Shown: positions 1-10,199 of the stretch, piece by piece
Position numbering within the stretch: the first letter of the stretch is position 1
How the letters are laid out: each line of letters opens with the position of its first letter
Assembly: GCA_963674865.2 (NCBI GenBank)
Contig: CAXXYE010000001.1
Coordinates: 224,001-288,000 of the forward strand
From: Candidatus Hydrogenedentota bacterium
GTDB lineage: Bacteria; Hydrogenedentota; Hydrogenedentia; Hydrogenedentales; SLHB01
DNA length: 64,000 nt
Direction of reading: 5' to 3'
Made by a program: the position numbers and the translations under genes
Notes under the pieces: model-generated
Database searches by the model: none
Seen by the model: the letters and a program-made list of their open reading frames with translations, nothing else
Told to the model about the DNA's origin: nothing

Positions 1-768
1 GACGTACATCAGGTCGTCGAAGGTGAACATAAGGCGGGCGATCTCGTCGGCCAACTCCGGATCCTGCTCCTCGAGATCTGCCATGATGGCCTTCTCGGCG
101 TTGCGGTCTACCATATTGAGGATTTCGGCCACGTCTTTGACGCCGCCCGCAAAGGTGAATCCCTGGCTGAAGACCGAGGCCATCTTACGCTCAAGCACAC
201 GCTCGACCTCACGCACCATCTCGGGCGGCGTGCGGTCCATCGTGGCGATACGCTTAACCACATCCGCCTGTACGGGCTGCGGCAGCGCCGATAGGATGAT
301 GGCCGAAGTCTGTGGACTGAGATGGGCGAGGATCAGGGAGATTGTCTGGGGATGCTCATCCTGGATAAAACTCGATATCTGTGAGGCATCGGCCTTCTTG
401 AGGAACTCGAACGGGATTTCCTGAAGACTTCCCTGAAGCTTGGTCAGTACATCCAGGGCCTTTTCCGGCCCGAGAGCCTTCTCGAGAAGATTGCGGGCGT
501 AGTCAATGCCGCCGTGAGTGACGTACTTGTTTGCCACGGCCATCTGGTAGAACTCTTCCAGGACGGCCTCCCGGGTGTCGGGTTCGACGGCCCCAAGGCT
601 CGAAAGGTCGAGGGTGAGTTGCTCGATCTCGTCATCTTCGAGCTTGGCCAGTACGCGCCCCGCCGCTTCCGGCCCAAGACACGCCAAGAAAACGGCGGCT
701 TTCGTCTTGCCGTCGACCTCGTCCAGTTTGCCTGCCGATCTTGAACGTAACGTGGGACTAACCCTCAC
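1..768 (-). CDS. fliG: Flagellar motor switch protein FliG (runs off window start)
   Basis: Manual translation: GKTKAAVFLACLGPEAAGRVL...GGIDYARNLLEKALG...PFEFLKKADASQISSFIQDEHPQTISLILAHL; directly downstream of fliF; probable GTG start at 768 overlapping the fliF stop. Confidence 0.95.
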   Translation of the reverse strand, partial: MRVSPTLRSRSAGKLDEVDGKTKAAVFLACLGPEAAGRVLAKLEDDEIEQLTLDLSSLGAVEPDTREAVLEEFYQMAVANKYVTHGGIDYARNLLEKALGPEKALDVLTKLQGSLQEIPFEFLKKADASQISSFIQDEHPQTISLILAHLSPQTSAIILSALPQPVQADVVKRIATMDRTPPEMVREVERVLERKMASVFSQGFTFAGGVKDVAEILNMVDRNAEKAIMADLEEQDPELADEIARLMFTFDDLMYV

Positions 769-2299
769 TCTCGCTCAACCATGAGCGAAGCAACGCGGCC
801 ACGGTTTCAGGCTCCTGCTGGGACAGGCGGTCCACCTCGGCCGCCACTTCGCGGCGGCGAAGATCCTCCGAACTGGGCTCCGGAATGGGTACTTCCTCCT
901 CGACTTCGGTAGTGGGAAGCACCATGGCCCGGCGAAGCAAGAACCGAACCAGCAGGAATCCCATGACCAAGAGCACCAGCTTGAAAAGCGGTATACCATA
1001 TTGTACCAAGGCATCGCGTGTGCCTGCAGCCGCTACGCCTTCGGCGGCGCCCGTGACCGCGGCCAGTTGGGCAATCTTGAAGGGGTGATCGTAAACGGTT
1101 ACATCCGATGTCGATACGCCGACCGCCGTAGCGATCCAATCCTTGTATTGCTGGACCCGTTCATCGTCAAGTCCCGCGTAGGTCGCCTGGCCATCCTCGC
1201 TCTCTTGCGTCTCGCCTTCGATGAAGGCCGCCACCTTGAGGCCCTTGATCTCGCCCGGCTCATGCACGCTCTCGATGAGCGTCTTGGTAGGCTCGTAATT
1301 GGTGTAGGTTTCCTCGGTGTTTTCTTCCGTCTGTGTGCCGCCGGCTACGGCCACGCCCTCGGGCAACTGGCTTCTCGCGCCCGGGGCGCCTTCAGGTAGG
1401 GATTCATTACTGGAGACGGTGGTCGACGTGGTGTACTCGCTGAGTACCGTTCCTTCCTCGTACTTGTTCGTTGTCTCTTTCCGGTGCTCGTAGTCGATGG
1501 TGGCGTTGACGCGGACCACGGCATTCACGCCCAGCCGGCGGAGCCCTTCGGCGATGCGTTGTTCGGCCCTTGTTTCCACATCATTTCGGTACTCGAGCTT
1601 CGAACTGGCGATGGAAGCGAACTCATCGCGTGCAGGCAAGTGGAGGAGGTCGCCGCCGGTTGTGGTGAGCGTGATGTTGTCCTCATTCAGGTTAGCGCCG
1701 CCGAAGCTGCTTACCACGCCGAGCACCGCTCTAATCTCACTAGCGCTTAGAGAGCGGGCGGTTTCGAGCGTGACGGCGGCTTCCGAAGGGACTTGGTCGT
1801 TCACGAAGAGCTGGTCTTCGGCCTCTCGGATGAATACGAAAGACTGCCTTACGAAGTCGAATTCGTTCAGCTGACGCTGCAAAGTGCCTTGGACGGCGCG
1901 CACGTAGTTGACATTCTGCAGCCACTGATTCGTCATGAGGTCGCGCTCGTCGAAAAGCTCGAATCCCGGAGCGCCGCCCTGCGACTTGGGGATGCCTTGC
2001 TCCATGAGGGCTACGCGCAGGCGGGTGCGCTCCTGGACGGGCACGAGAACGGTACCGCCGTCATCGCGGATCTTGTAAGGTATGTCTTCGTCGCGGAGAT
2101 AGGATTCGATCGCTGCCGTATCATCCAATTCCAGCCGCGAGTAAAGGCGGACGAGTTGGGGGCGGCTTCCGATGACAACCATGCCGACCACGAGCGCCAC
2201 GGTGATCATGGCGGCGACGACAATGTTGACGCGGGCGCTGGCTGAAAGCCGCACCCATGCCTGGGCGATTCCTCTCACGAGTTGTCGCAAGAATCCCAT
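758..2299 (-). CDS. fliF: Flagellar M-ring protein FliF
   Basis: 513 aa, two TM helices, GFELFD motif, PSEAAVTL motif, C-terminal PETVAALLRSWL; between fliE and fliG. Confidence 0.95.
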   Translation of the reverse strand: MGFLRQLVRGIAQAWVRLSASARVNIVVAAMITVALVVGMVVIGSRPQLVRLYSRLELDDTAAIESYLRDEDIPYKIRDDGGTVLVPVQERTRLRVALMEQGIPKSQGGAPGFELFDERDLMTNQWLQNVNYVRAVQGTLQRQLNEFDFVRQSFVFIREAEDQLFVNDQVPSEAAVTLETARSLSASEIRAVLGVVSSFGGANLNEDNITLTTTGGDLLHLPARDEFASIASSKLEYRNDVETRAEQRIAEGLRRLGVNAVVRVNATIDYEHRKETTNKYEEGTVLSEYTTSTTVSSNESLPEGAPGARSQLPEGVAVAGGTQTEENTEETYTNYEPTKTLIESVHEPGEIKGLKVAAFIEGETQESEDGQATYAGLDDERVQQYKDWIATAVGVSTSDVTVYDHPFKIAQLAAVTGAAEGVAAAGTRDALVQYGIPLFKLVLLVMGFLLVRFLLRRAMVLPTTEVEEEVPIPEPSSEDLRRREVAAEVDRLSQQEPETVAALLRSWLSESEG

Positions 2300-2697
2300 G
2301 GCAATACCTCACTCTGTGGCGTTTATGCGCCGCCCGGTTGTTCGTGCGTGTCCTGCGTGGTCAGATCGGGACATGTGCCGGGAGAATGGGAGAGACATAC
2401 CGGCCCCCCGTTCATCCCCGCCGGGATGCTGGAAATAGGTTCAATTCTCATCTCCGCCTGTGAGCTGGCCGGCACCGACCTGGCCTGCCGGTCAACCCTC
2501 CGCGTGGACATGGGCAGCGCTACACGACGCCAACGCTCCGGAGTTGTGTCAACCCGACGGGGCGCCGGGGTGGCGACAAACACCGCGCGTCGGCCCGGCC
2601 GTGATATACACGCCGAACCTTCCATGCCTACCGCGGTCTGACGGAAAACACGCACAGGCACGAACCTTAAGGTTCCGAAGGCCCTTTCGGCCTCCGG

Positions 2698-3015
2698 CTA
2701 TACTTGCATACGCATGATCTCTTCGTATGCGGCGACGATCTTGTTGCGCACGGTCATCATCGTCTGGAAGGCGATATCAGCCTTCTCGACGGCGACCATG
2801 GCTTCCGTGACGTCCTTAATCTCCCCAGCGACAAGCTGCTTGATGGTGCTGTCGGCCTCGGTTCTGAGTCGTTGGACCTCCCCGATGGCTTCCGCAAGGA
2901 CATCCTTGAACGACTTGCCCTCAGGCGACGCTGTAGGCTGAGGCGTGCGCAGTTGACGAGGATCGAGCTCGGGCGGTCGTATCCCGCCGCCGGCCCCTCT
3001 GATTGGATCAGGCAT
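2698..3015 (-). CDS. fliE: Flagellar hook-basal body protein FliE
   Basis: SFKDVL...VRNKIVAAYEEIMRMQV C-terminal FliE signature. Confidence 0.95.
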   Translation of the reverse strand: MPDPIRGAGGGIRPPELDPRQLRTPQPTASPEGKSFKDVLAEAIGEVQRLRTEADSTIKQLVAGEIKDVTEAMVAVEKADIAFQTMMTVRNKIVAAYEEIMRMQV

Positions 3016-3055
3016 GGCCTGCCGTCTCCTCCTCTCTACCGGTTACGCTTCAACC

Positions 3056-3475
3056 TCAGGCCTGGATGATTTCCAAAGCCTTCTGCACCATTCGTTTGCC
3101 GGAAACAACGACCGCGACGTTGGCTTCATAAGCTCGCTGCGCGGCGACCAAATTCACCATCTCCACCGCGAGGTCGATGTTCGGGTACTCAACATAACCG
3201 TCAACATCCGCATCCGGATGCCCCGGTTCGTAAACTGTCCTGAAAGGGGATGGGTCCGACGTAACCCGCTTTACCTCAACGCCCCACTTGCCGGATTGCA
3301 TGGATGGACGCAACTGCTCGCCCCGGAAAATGGCCAACTGCCGCCGGAAGGTCCCGCCCTCGGGGGTGCGTGTTGTCAAGGCGTTGGCGATGTTATTCGC
3401 CACGACATTCATTCGTACGCGCTGGGCCCGTAGGCCGCTAACCGCGATTTCTGTCGCTGATACGGCTTGCTGCAT
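3056..3475 (-). CDS. flgC: Flagellar basal-body rod protein FlgC
   Basis: SGLRAQRVRMNVVANNIANA, YEPGHPDAD..GYVEYPN, QRAYEAN. Confidence 0.96.
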   Translation of the reverse strand: MQQAVSATEIAVSGLRAQRVRMNVVANNIANALTTRTPEGGTFRRQLAIFRGEQLRPSMQSGKWGVEVKRVTSDPSPFRTVYEPGHPDADVDGYVEYPNIDLAVEMVNLVAAQRAYEANVAVVVSGKRMVQKALEIIQA

Positions 3476-3495
3476 TACCCCAACCTGTTGTGTCC

Positions 3496-3891
3496 CTAAC
3501 GAATGTTCGTCAACATGTTCTTGACAGTCTCGAAATGCTTCACGAGCAGGCTACCATATATTGTGTAGCGCCCGGTGTTTTCCGAGAGTTTAGCCATTTG
3601 TTCGTCCAAGTCAACTTTATTGTAGTCATTCTTAGACAAGAATGCAAGAGATTCGAATTGTGGACGCTCACGCGTCGCTTCGAGGTGCCGGGCATGCGTC
3701 CTGCGGAGTTGGAGGCGGCCTTTGCCCTCGATAGCGGCGCGCAACGTCGCCTGGAAATCCATGTTGACGGAATTGTAGTTGGGGGTGTCGGCATTGGCGA
3801 TGTTGTTGGCAATGATCCGCTGGTTGAATTCGGCCACGCGCATGGCCTCCTGCAACAGTCGCGGCGCCTCGACACCTGCAAAGGACGACAA
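3496..3891 (-). CDS. flgB: Flagellar basal-body rod protein FlgB
   Basis: IIANNIANADTPNY and NKVDLDEQMAKLSEN motifs; TTG start at 3891 preferred (GAAAGGAA RBS-like sequence upstream); ORF track start is 3933. Confidence 0.93.
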   Translation of the reverse strand: MSSFAGVEAPRLLQEAMRVAEFNQRIIANNIANADTPNYNSVNMDFQATLRAAIEGKGRLQLRRTHARHLEATRERPQFESLAFLSKNDYNKVDLDEQMAKLSENTGRYTIYGSLLVKHFETVKNMLTNIR

Positions 3892-3954
3892 CGGCCCGTT
3901 CCTTTCCCGTTCACGGTTTCCCGGCTCAAGCATGTTTTCCGTCGCTGATAGGAA

Positions 3955-3970
3955 AGCAATCCGTATGCCA
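3955..3970 (-). promoter_or_regulatory. Sigma54 (-24/-12) promoter of flgBC-fliE(FG)
   Basis: Minus strand reads TGGCATACGGATTGCT, matching TGGCAC-N5-TTGCW, just upstream of flgB and next to a sigma54 activator gene. Confidence 0.85.
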
Positions 3971-4152
3971 GGAACACCGCCGCCCTAAGTTCTTGTTTTT
4001 CAATGAGATGCCAAAACCCGATTCCTGCGAGATGCGAGCGCGACCGGGAAAGATCTCCCCAGGAGGGACATTTCTTCCGAGCGGGAGGACAGAAGGGGGA
4101 GGCCACGGCGATTTCTGAGGCGCCGAGGTGGGCGATCTCCAGAAGTCCGTGC

Positions 4153-5505
4153 TTAGTCATTGTATTCCTTCAGTTTGTTTCGGAGCGTCCTGACGCTGAT
4201 ACCGAGGACATTGGCAGCCCGGGTCCGGTTGTTTTTGCAGTGCGTAAGCGTCTGGAGTATCAGTTCTTTCTCCATATCGGCCACGGTAGTCCCGATGGAT
4301 ACGGCCACGGCATCGCCGCGTGCAGGCTTGGAACGGGGCGTCTGGAGAGCAAAATGCTCCGGTTCGAGTACGGGCCCCGTCGACAGGACCACGGCGCGCT
4401 CGACCGCATTCTGGAGTTCACGTACGTTTCCCGGCCAATCGTAAGCGAGAAACATCTCACGGGTCCCGGCACTCAACCGCATGGGGCCCCGGCCATTTTC
4501 CTGCACATAGCGTTTCAGGAAGTGGTCCGTCAGTGCCGGAATGTCCTCACGCCGCTCGCGCAGAGGGGGGAGGTGGAGCTGGATGACATTTAGTCTGAAG
4601 AACAGATCCTCGCGGAATTGCCCCTCTTCCACGGCCCGCTCCAGGTCGCGATTCGATGTGCAGACGATGCGTGTATCCACCTGGATGGGCTCGTTACCGC
4701 CGACCCGCTCGAATTCCCGCTCCTGGAGGGCGCGTAGCAGTTTCGGCTGGAGTTCGAGGTTGATTTCGCTTATTTCATCGAGTAGAAGCGTGCCGCTGTC
4801 GGCGAGTTCAAAACGGCCCATTTTTCGGTCGTGTGCGCCGGTAAATGAGCCTTTCTCGTGGCCAAACAGCTCGCTTTCGAGAAGCCCGGCGGAAAGCGCG
4901 GCGCAATTCACCCTGATAAAGGGCTTGTCTTGTCGGGCCCCGGAGTAATGGATGCTCCGGGCCACAAGTTCCTTTCCGGTGCCGCTTTCTCCGCGAATGA
5001 GGATCGTGGAACGCCCATTGGCGACTTTCGCGACCTGCTCGTAGACTTCGCGCATCGGCGCGCTTTCGCCGACCATGGCGCCAAAATCGTACATTTCGTT
5101 GAGTTCGTTGCGTAGGTATTGGTTCTCTTGGGCAAGGCGGCCCCGCTCGACGGCGCGTGCCACTGCAAGCTCAAGTTCATCAGGCGCAAACGGTTTCAGG
5201 ATATAGTCTTCGGCCCCTTCCTTGAGGGCGGCCACGGCGGATTCGATACTCCCATAGGCTGTCATGAGAATGACGTGCGCAGCCGGTGCTTCAGCCTTGA
5301 CGGCCCTTAGGACATCGAGGCCGTCCATCGGCTTCATGCGGAGATCGGTGACGACGACGTCGTAGGCCCGCTCCCTGAGCATGTCGACCCCTGTCCCGCC
5401 GCTGCCGGCGGTCTCGACGGCGTAGCCGGCCCGGGCGAGGGTCTCCTCGACGTATTCACGCATGAGGGCTTCATCGTCGATAACGAGTATTCGAGACTTT
5501 GGCAT
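4153..5505 (-). CDS. Sigma54-dependent response regulator (NtrC/FleR/FlgR type)
   Basis: REC domain (IDDE, TDLRM, K), AAA+ with GESGTGKE and GSFTGA loop, C-terminal Fis HTH. Confidence 0.95.
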   Translation of the reverse strand: MPKSRILVIDDEALMREYVEETLARAGYAVETAGSGGTGVDMLRERAYDVVVTDLRMKPMDGLDVLRAVKAEAPAAHVILMTAYGSIESAVAALKEGAEDYILKPFAPDELELAVARAVERGRLAQENQYLRNELNEMYDFGAMVGESAPMREVYEQVAKVANGRSTILIRGESGTGKELVARSIHYSGARQDKPFIRVNCAALSAGLLESELFGHEKGSFTGAHDRKMGRFELADSGTLLLDEISEINLELQPKLLRALQEREFERVGGNEPIQVDTRIVCTSNRDLERAVEEGQFREDLFFRLNVIQLHLPPLRERREDIPALTDHFLKRYVQENGRGPMRLSAGTREMFLAYDWPGNVRELQNAVERAVVLSTGPVLEPEHFALQTPRSKPARGDAVAVSIGTTVADMEKELILQTLTHCKNNRTRAANVLGISVRTLRNKLKEYND

Positions 5506-5508
5506 AGA

Positions 5509-6684
5509 TCATTCCACTCGCGGCAAGGACAGAGAGAAGACAGATCCCTTGCCCTCGTCGCTCTGCACCCTAATGGTTCCACCGTGCCCTTCGACGATCT
5601 TGGCGGCCACGGCAAGACCTAGGCCGGTTCCTTTCTCCTTTGTGGTGAAAAATGGTGAGAACACGCGACTTACTTGGTCACGCGATATACCACAGCCCGT
5701 ATCGCTCACCATGATGTTGACGTGTTGCGAGTCCGGCTCGGCGGCAATCCAGATTTCCCCTTTCTCCTCGATGCTCTGGACCGCATTGAGGATAATATTG
5801 AGAAACACCTGCCGCATCTTGTCGGGATCGGCCAGGACGGCGAGGTCGGGGGATATCGTGTTAGTGAGGGCGATGGCGCGTCTTCCGCAGTCGATGTATC
5901 CGATGGCCGCATCGACGAGGTCTGCGCATGGAGTGGCGCGCAGCCTGAGTTCTACGGGGCGGGTGTACTCGAGCAGGCCGCTGACGACGTCGTCTAGGTT
6001 CTTCGTGCCTGTGAGAATGCGCTCGACGAGGCGTGCCCGGGGATCGCCGGGTTCAAGATCGCGGGCGAGTAAAGCCGCGAAGCCGCGCACCCCGCCCAAG
6101 GGATTCCGGATCTCATGGGCCACTGTTGCGGCCATCTCGCCGAGGGCGGCCAGACGGTCCTTGCGGCGCACCTGTTCGCGAAGCGCCTCGATCTCGCTGA
6201 GGTCCTGAAAGACCTTGACGGCGCCTATCCGGTGGTTGGCCCGATCGGACATGGGGGCGTCGCGCTCGGTGACGGGGACGGGGCGCCCATCCTTGGCCCG
6301 GAGTTCCATCGCGTGCCAGCCGGGCGGGACGGAGAACTCCCGGCGGAATACCTCGCCGAAGGTTTTCCCCAACACCTCGACGGCGTCGTAGGCCAGCACA
6401 TGGCACGCAGCGCGGTTGAAGGTCGTAACGATGCCGTCGGTGTTGATGGCGATGACGCCGTCGGACATGCTTTCCAGCAAGCCGTTGAGATAGTCGGATG
6501 TAAGCGCCAGTTCCTGGTTCTTGGCCGCCAGTGCGCGGTCCAGCTCCTTCACGCGGTTTTCCAGACGGCGGTAGGATTCCTCCATTGCCTGGGTTGTCGA
6601 GGTGAGGAGCTCGAACGCCTCCTGCAAACGCAGCACGTCTGCGCCGCCGGACTCTGATGCGCTGTTTTGTTTCGTTTGATTCAT
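5509..6684 (-). CDS. Cytoplasmic PAS sensor histidine kinase (FleS/FlgS type)
   Basis: Coiled coil + PAS, H-box AHEIRNPLGG, N box, DTGCG, FFTTK..GTGLGL; no TM helix. Confidence 0.93.
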   Translation of the reverse strand: MNQTKQNSASESGGADVLRLQEAFELLTSTTQAMEESYRRLENRVKELDRALAAKNQELALTSDYLNGLLESMSDGVIAINTDGIVTTFNRAACHVLAYDAVEVLGKTFGEVFRREFSVPPGWHAMELRAKDGRPVPVTERDAPMSDRANHRIGAVKVFQDLSEIEALREQVRRKDRLAALGEMAATVAHEIRNPLGGVRGFAALLARDLEPGDPRARLVERILTGTKNLDDVVSGLLEYTRPVELRLRATPCADLVDAAIGYIDCGRRAIALTNTISPDLAVLADPDKMRQVFLNIILNAVQSIEEKGEIWIAAEPDSQHVNIMVSDTGCGISRDQVSRVFSPFFTTKEKGTGLGLAVAAKIVEGHGGTIRVQSDEGKGSVFSLSLPRVE

Positions 6685-7124
6685 GCCTTCCTATCGATGA
6701 AGCCCGGCTCCGTGGGGCGTTTGGGCGCGTATTTCCGCAACAGCCCCTTACCGCGCTTCAGTTCACCCCAAGTTTCGCGAAGTTCTTCCAGGCGTTGCCC
6801 GACGCGCTGGGCAGCTCGCTCATTAACTTGGCTCAGTTGGTCCGCCAGTCCGGCGGCGCGTTCTGCAAGCAGGCGCACGGCGTCGCGGTCCTTCTTCGAG
6901 ACGTCTGTGGCCGCTTTCCACTCAGCGAGCAACTGGCGGAACTCCTCTTTCATGCGGGCCGCACGCGCCGCGTGAGCCTGGCGGAGTCCGTCGAGTCGGT
7001 TCACATTGCCATCGGCCCAATCGTCTTCAAGGGGCGAGAATTCAGCCAGCATCTCCTCAAAGAGGACAATCTGCCGCTTGAAGTACTCCTTCATACGAGG
7101 CACGAGGTCCGACGTGCCGCTCAT
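6681..7124 (-). CDS. Helical FlgN/FliT-like flagellar chaperone candidate
   Basis: 147 aa helical protein ending LRKYAP...GFIDRKA, similar to FlgN-type C-termini; translationally coupled to the kinase. Confidence 0.5.
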   Translation of the reverse strand: MSGTSDLVPRMKEYFKRQIVLFEEMLAEFSPLEDDWADGNVNRLDGLRQAHAARAARMKEEFRQLLAEWKAATDVSKKDRDAVRLLAERAAGLADQLSQVNERAAQRVGQRLEELRETWGELKRGKGLLRKYAPKRPTEPGFIDRKA

Positions 7125-7127
7125 CGC

Positions 7128-10100
7128 CTACCCCTCCTCAGGTGCGGGGGTGACGGTTTCCCCTCGCAGTTTCTGTTCGGTGCGGGCGTAGGCGGCTTTC
7201 ACGGCGGCTTCTTCGGCCCACGGACTCCCGGATGCGGCAACGCTGTCAAAAAGGTTGATGCTGCCCCGGTAGTCCGCTACTTGGAGCAGGGCGTTGGCCC
7301 GTTGGAACTCCGCCCACTTGCGCTGGTCCGACGCGCCGGGCGCCTTGGTGAGGATCATCGCATAGGCGTCCGCCGCGGCCCTGAAATCACTTCTTTCGTA
7401 GAGGTAGTCGGCCCACGTTACAACGGCTTGTTCAAACGCGGGGCGTTCGGCCTCATCCTGCTGGACACGCACTACGAAGTCCATGACGAGGGCACGCGCC
7501 CGTGCGCTTCTCTCCGTGGCCAGGCATGCGCCGAGAAGGTGTTGAATTCCCGCCGCGGTGCGCTGGGCGGGATAGTCGATGTGCGCCTGTTCAAGCGCGT
7601 CAAATCCCTGGTTCGGGTCAATGCGCAGCAGGGCGCCCCCGTATTCAACCAGGAACTCGTAGGCGGCGGCATCCGTGACTCGTCCCAGGTCGACGCGCTT
7701 GGCGACGGACAGCGCCTCATCCAGCGCATCAGCCCGGAACAGTGCGACGGCGGTGTGGGCCAGCACCTCAGGCTCGGATGTTGCGGCGGCAATCTGGCTG
7801 AAGACCGCAACGGAGCGGTCCTGGAGTCCTAGGTCTTGGTACATCGCTCCAAGCGCGGTTAGCACCGGTAGCCGTTGCGGCCGGCCTTCCGTCGCTAACG
7901 CCAGGTCTTCGAGGCGCTCGACGGCTTTCCGGGGAGCCCCCGACGCGTACAAAGTCTGGGCCATCTCAATACTCCCCTCGAAGGCCTGCGGTGAAGTGGA
8001 GAAACTGGTGGTTAGTTTCTCGTAGGCTTCCAATGCTTCCGCGAAGGCCTCGGCCTTCCGGAAGTGGCGGGCGGCGGCAAGCAGCAGGTCGGGATCTTGT
8101 GCACCGGCTTCGTCAGCGGCCATCAGCGCTCTGGCGGCGGTCTGTGCGTCGCCCGCGAGGCCGAGAAGTCGCCCCTCGTTCTGTAGAACGGCGGCATTGT
8201 CAGGATAGCGCTGAACCGTCTGCGTGGCCAGGCGGATTGCTTCGGGGCGCATTCCCCGATCATCGAGGACCCGGCAGAGTTCAACGAAGGCAAGGGGGGT
8301 GGTTTCGCTTTCGGGGAAGAAATCGATGAGTTCGCGCAAGACCTGCTCGGCTTCGCGCAAGTTCCCGGCGGCATGGTGGGCCTTTGCCAACGCGAGGTAG
8401 ACGCGGTCATTGCCCTCAATCGTGGTTGCCGTCTCAAGCCGGCCCTCGAGTCGCTTGATAGCTTCATCATAGCGCCCTTGTCTGTAGGCCAGTTCGCCCA
8501 GCCGGGCAAAGGCTATGGCGCCGAATTCAGTGGTCGGCTGGCCGTAGGCGATTTGACTGTAGATCCGCTCGGCGGCTTCGATTTCGCCGGCGCCCGCGTA
8601 GGCATCGCCCAGCAGGAGTTTGGCTTCGAGAGTGAAGGGGCTGCCGGGAAACTGGTCGAGCGTCCAGTGGATATAACGCGCGGCATCCGTGTACTGCTTC
8701 AGGCTCAGACAGAGTTTAGCCGCGCTCAATAGGTTCTCGTCGAGGCCGGGTGCATCCGCATAGTCTGCAATGATCTTGTCGTAGGCCCGCCGGGCCGCGT
8801 AGGGCATGTCGCTCATTTCATAGAGCTGGGCTTTCCACCGGAGTGCTTCAGGCACCTTCGGATGGGCCGGGACTTCAGCTACCAGTTCGTCTATGGCGCC
8901 ATGCACGGCATCCGCGGCTTCCGGCTCGGGGTGTGTCCCGAGAGCGCGGAAGGCGGCCTCGACACGCAAGAACCTGGCGTCCGTGCGCTCGTCTCCCGGG
9001 GCGGCCTTGGCCACGATGGCGTCGAGTTCCGTGAGCGCCTCATCGTAGGCGCCCATATCGAGGAGATTGCGCGCGTTCTGCACGGCCTGCGCCGTGTCGC
9101 GGAGCCGACGGGCGGTCATGAGTTCATCACCGGCTTGGCGGTATTGGTGTGTGTATAGCAGCGTGAAGGTTGCGGCTGTTAGAAGTACACCTGCCCCGAC
9201 GGAAGCCGTGATGCGTAGGAAGCGGGGGCCACCGATGGCCGAGAGCAGGCCGGGACTCCCCGATTTCGCGCCTCGGGCGCCTTTCTCGGGCACGGTGGGC
9301 GGTGCGTCGGTGGCTTCAGGCAGCGACGCTGACGCTTCCCCGGCGGCCGCGCCTTCCTCAGCAGGCTCTTCCGTTTCGGAAGGCGGCGTGTCTTGGGACG
9401 CCTCTGCCGCTTCCTGGACGAGCGAATCAAGGACGTTTTGGGGGAGGGGCACATCCTCATCGGATGCCTGTTCAGGCGCCGCCGGTTCCTCGCCTGAGGG
9501 CGTTTCCCCGGGGGCCTCCGCCTCGCTTGAGGGCGCCTGCTCCTGTTCAGGCGCCTCTTCCTGAGTGTCCGAAGGACGCTCCGTCAGCTCATCCCGGATT
9601 TGGCCCGCCTCATCGACAATCTCACCTGGTACCGCCGCTGCCAGGTTCTCGGTGCTGACAATCGCCTCAGGATCAGGAGCCGGTTGAGCATGTGCGTCGT
9701 CTGGTGAGCCACCGTCTTCAACTGACGGGCTCACGGGCGTGTCCATGCCCTCTTCCATAGGCGTATCATCTTCGGCCGTCTGGGCCACCGGGAGCACCGG
9801 TTCATCGGGCGCCTCGCCGATCTCCTCGTCCAATTGGGCGCTTTCCTCGGCATGAGGCTCGTCGATGACGTCGTCCAGGTGGTCTTCCTCGACGTGCTCT
9901 TCCATTCCCGCGGCGGCCAGAAGGGCCTCGATCTGCGCGTGTTCCAGCGGGCCGTCATCGGCGGGGAGAGCGTCGGGCGTGGGGCCGTCTTCCTCGGGCG
10001 CTTCAAGCTCGGGCTGGTCGTGCTTGGCCTCGGGCTCGGCTGGCCTCTCGGGGGACTGGCTGTTTCCCTGTTCGGTGGACATGGCTATCGTCGCTTCGTT

Positions 10101-10187
10101 TCTTTCGTCGGCCCAGGCCCTACCGTGAGCCGGGGCTGTTGACGACCGGGCCACGATATGTGGTGGTGGCGCACCGCCATCAGCCAT
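7128..10187 (-). CDS. Large TPR protein with acidic disordered N-terminus and one TM helix
   Basis: About 300 aa E/P/A/D-rich region, TM (ITASVGAGVLLTAATFTLLY), then many TPR/BamD-like repeats; alternative start at 10082 (MSTEQ). Confidence 0.85.
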   Translation of the reverse strand: MADGGAPPPHIVARSSTAPAHGRAWADERNEATIAMSTEQGNSQSPERPAEPEAKHDQPELEAPEEDGPTPDALPADDGPLEHAQIEALLAAAGMEEHVEEDHLDDVIDEPHAEESAQLDEEIGEAPDEPVLPVAQTAEDDTPMEEGMDTPVSPSVEDGGSPDDAHAQPAPDPEAIVSTENLAAAVPGEIVDEAGQIRDELTERPSDTQEEAPEQEQAPSSEAEAPGETPSGEEPAAPEQASDEDVPLPQNVLDSLVQEAAEASQDTPPSETEEPAEEGAAAGEASASLPEATDAPPTVPEKGARGAKSGSPGLLSAIGGPRFLRITASVGAGVLLTAATFTLLYTHQYRQAGDELMTARRLRDTAQAVQNARNLLDMGAYDEALTELDAIVAKAAPGDERTDARFLRVEAAFRALGTHPEPEAADAVHGAIDELVAEVPAHPKVPEALRWKAQLYEMSDMPYAARRAYDKIIADYADAPGLDENLLSAAKLCLSLKQYTDAARYIHWTLDQFPGSPFTLEAKLLLGDAYAGAGEIEAAERIYSQIAYGQPTTEFGAIAFARLGELAYRQGRYDEAIKRLEGRLETATTIEGNDRVYLALAKAHHAAGNLREAEQVLRELIDFFPESETTPLAFVELCRVLDDRGMRPEAIRLATQTVQRYPDNAAVLQNEGRLLGLAGDAQTAARALMAADEAGAQDPDLLLAAARHFRKAEAFAEALEAYEKLTTSFSTSPQAFEGSIEMAQTLYASGAPRKAVERLEDLALATEGRPQRLPVLTALGAMYQDLGLQDRSVAVFSQIAAATSEPEVLAHTAVALFRADALDEALSVAKRVDLGRVTDAAAYEFLVEYGGALLRIDPNQGFDALEQAHIDYPAQRTAAGIQHLLGACLATERSARARALVMDFVVRVQQDEAERPAFEQAVVTWADYLYERSDFRAAADAYAMILTKAPGASDQRKWAEFQRANALLQVADYRGSINLFDSVAASGSPWAEEAAVKAAYARTEQKLRGETVTPAPEEG

Positions 10188-10199
10188 CTATCTTGGGTT

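Noticed and set aside
2643..2703. Superficial likeness to a c-di-GMP-I riboswitch (CACGCACAGG...GCCTCCGGC)
   Set aside because: Wrong strand for the flagellar genes and lacks the GCAAA/GNRA/GACGCAAAG core
9180..10080. Low-complexity repeats as a DNA repeat array or CRISPR
   Set aside because: Encodes the acidic disordered part of the TPR protein; no regular repeat-spacer pattern here or elsewhere in the window
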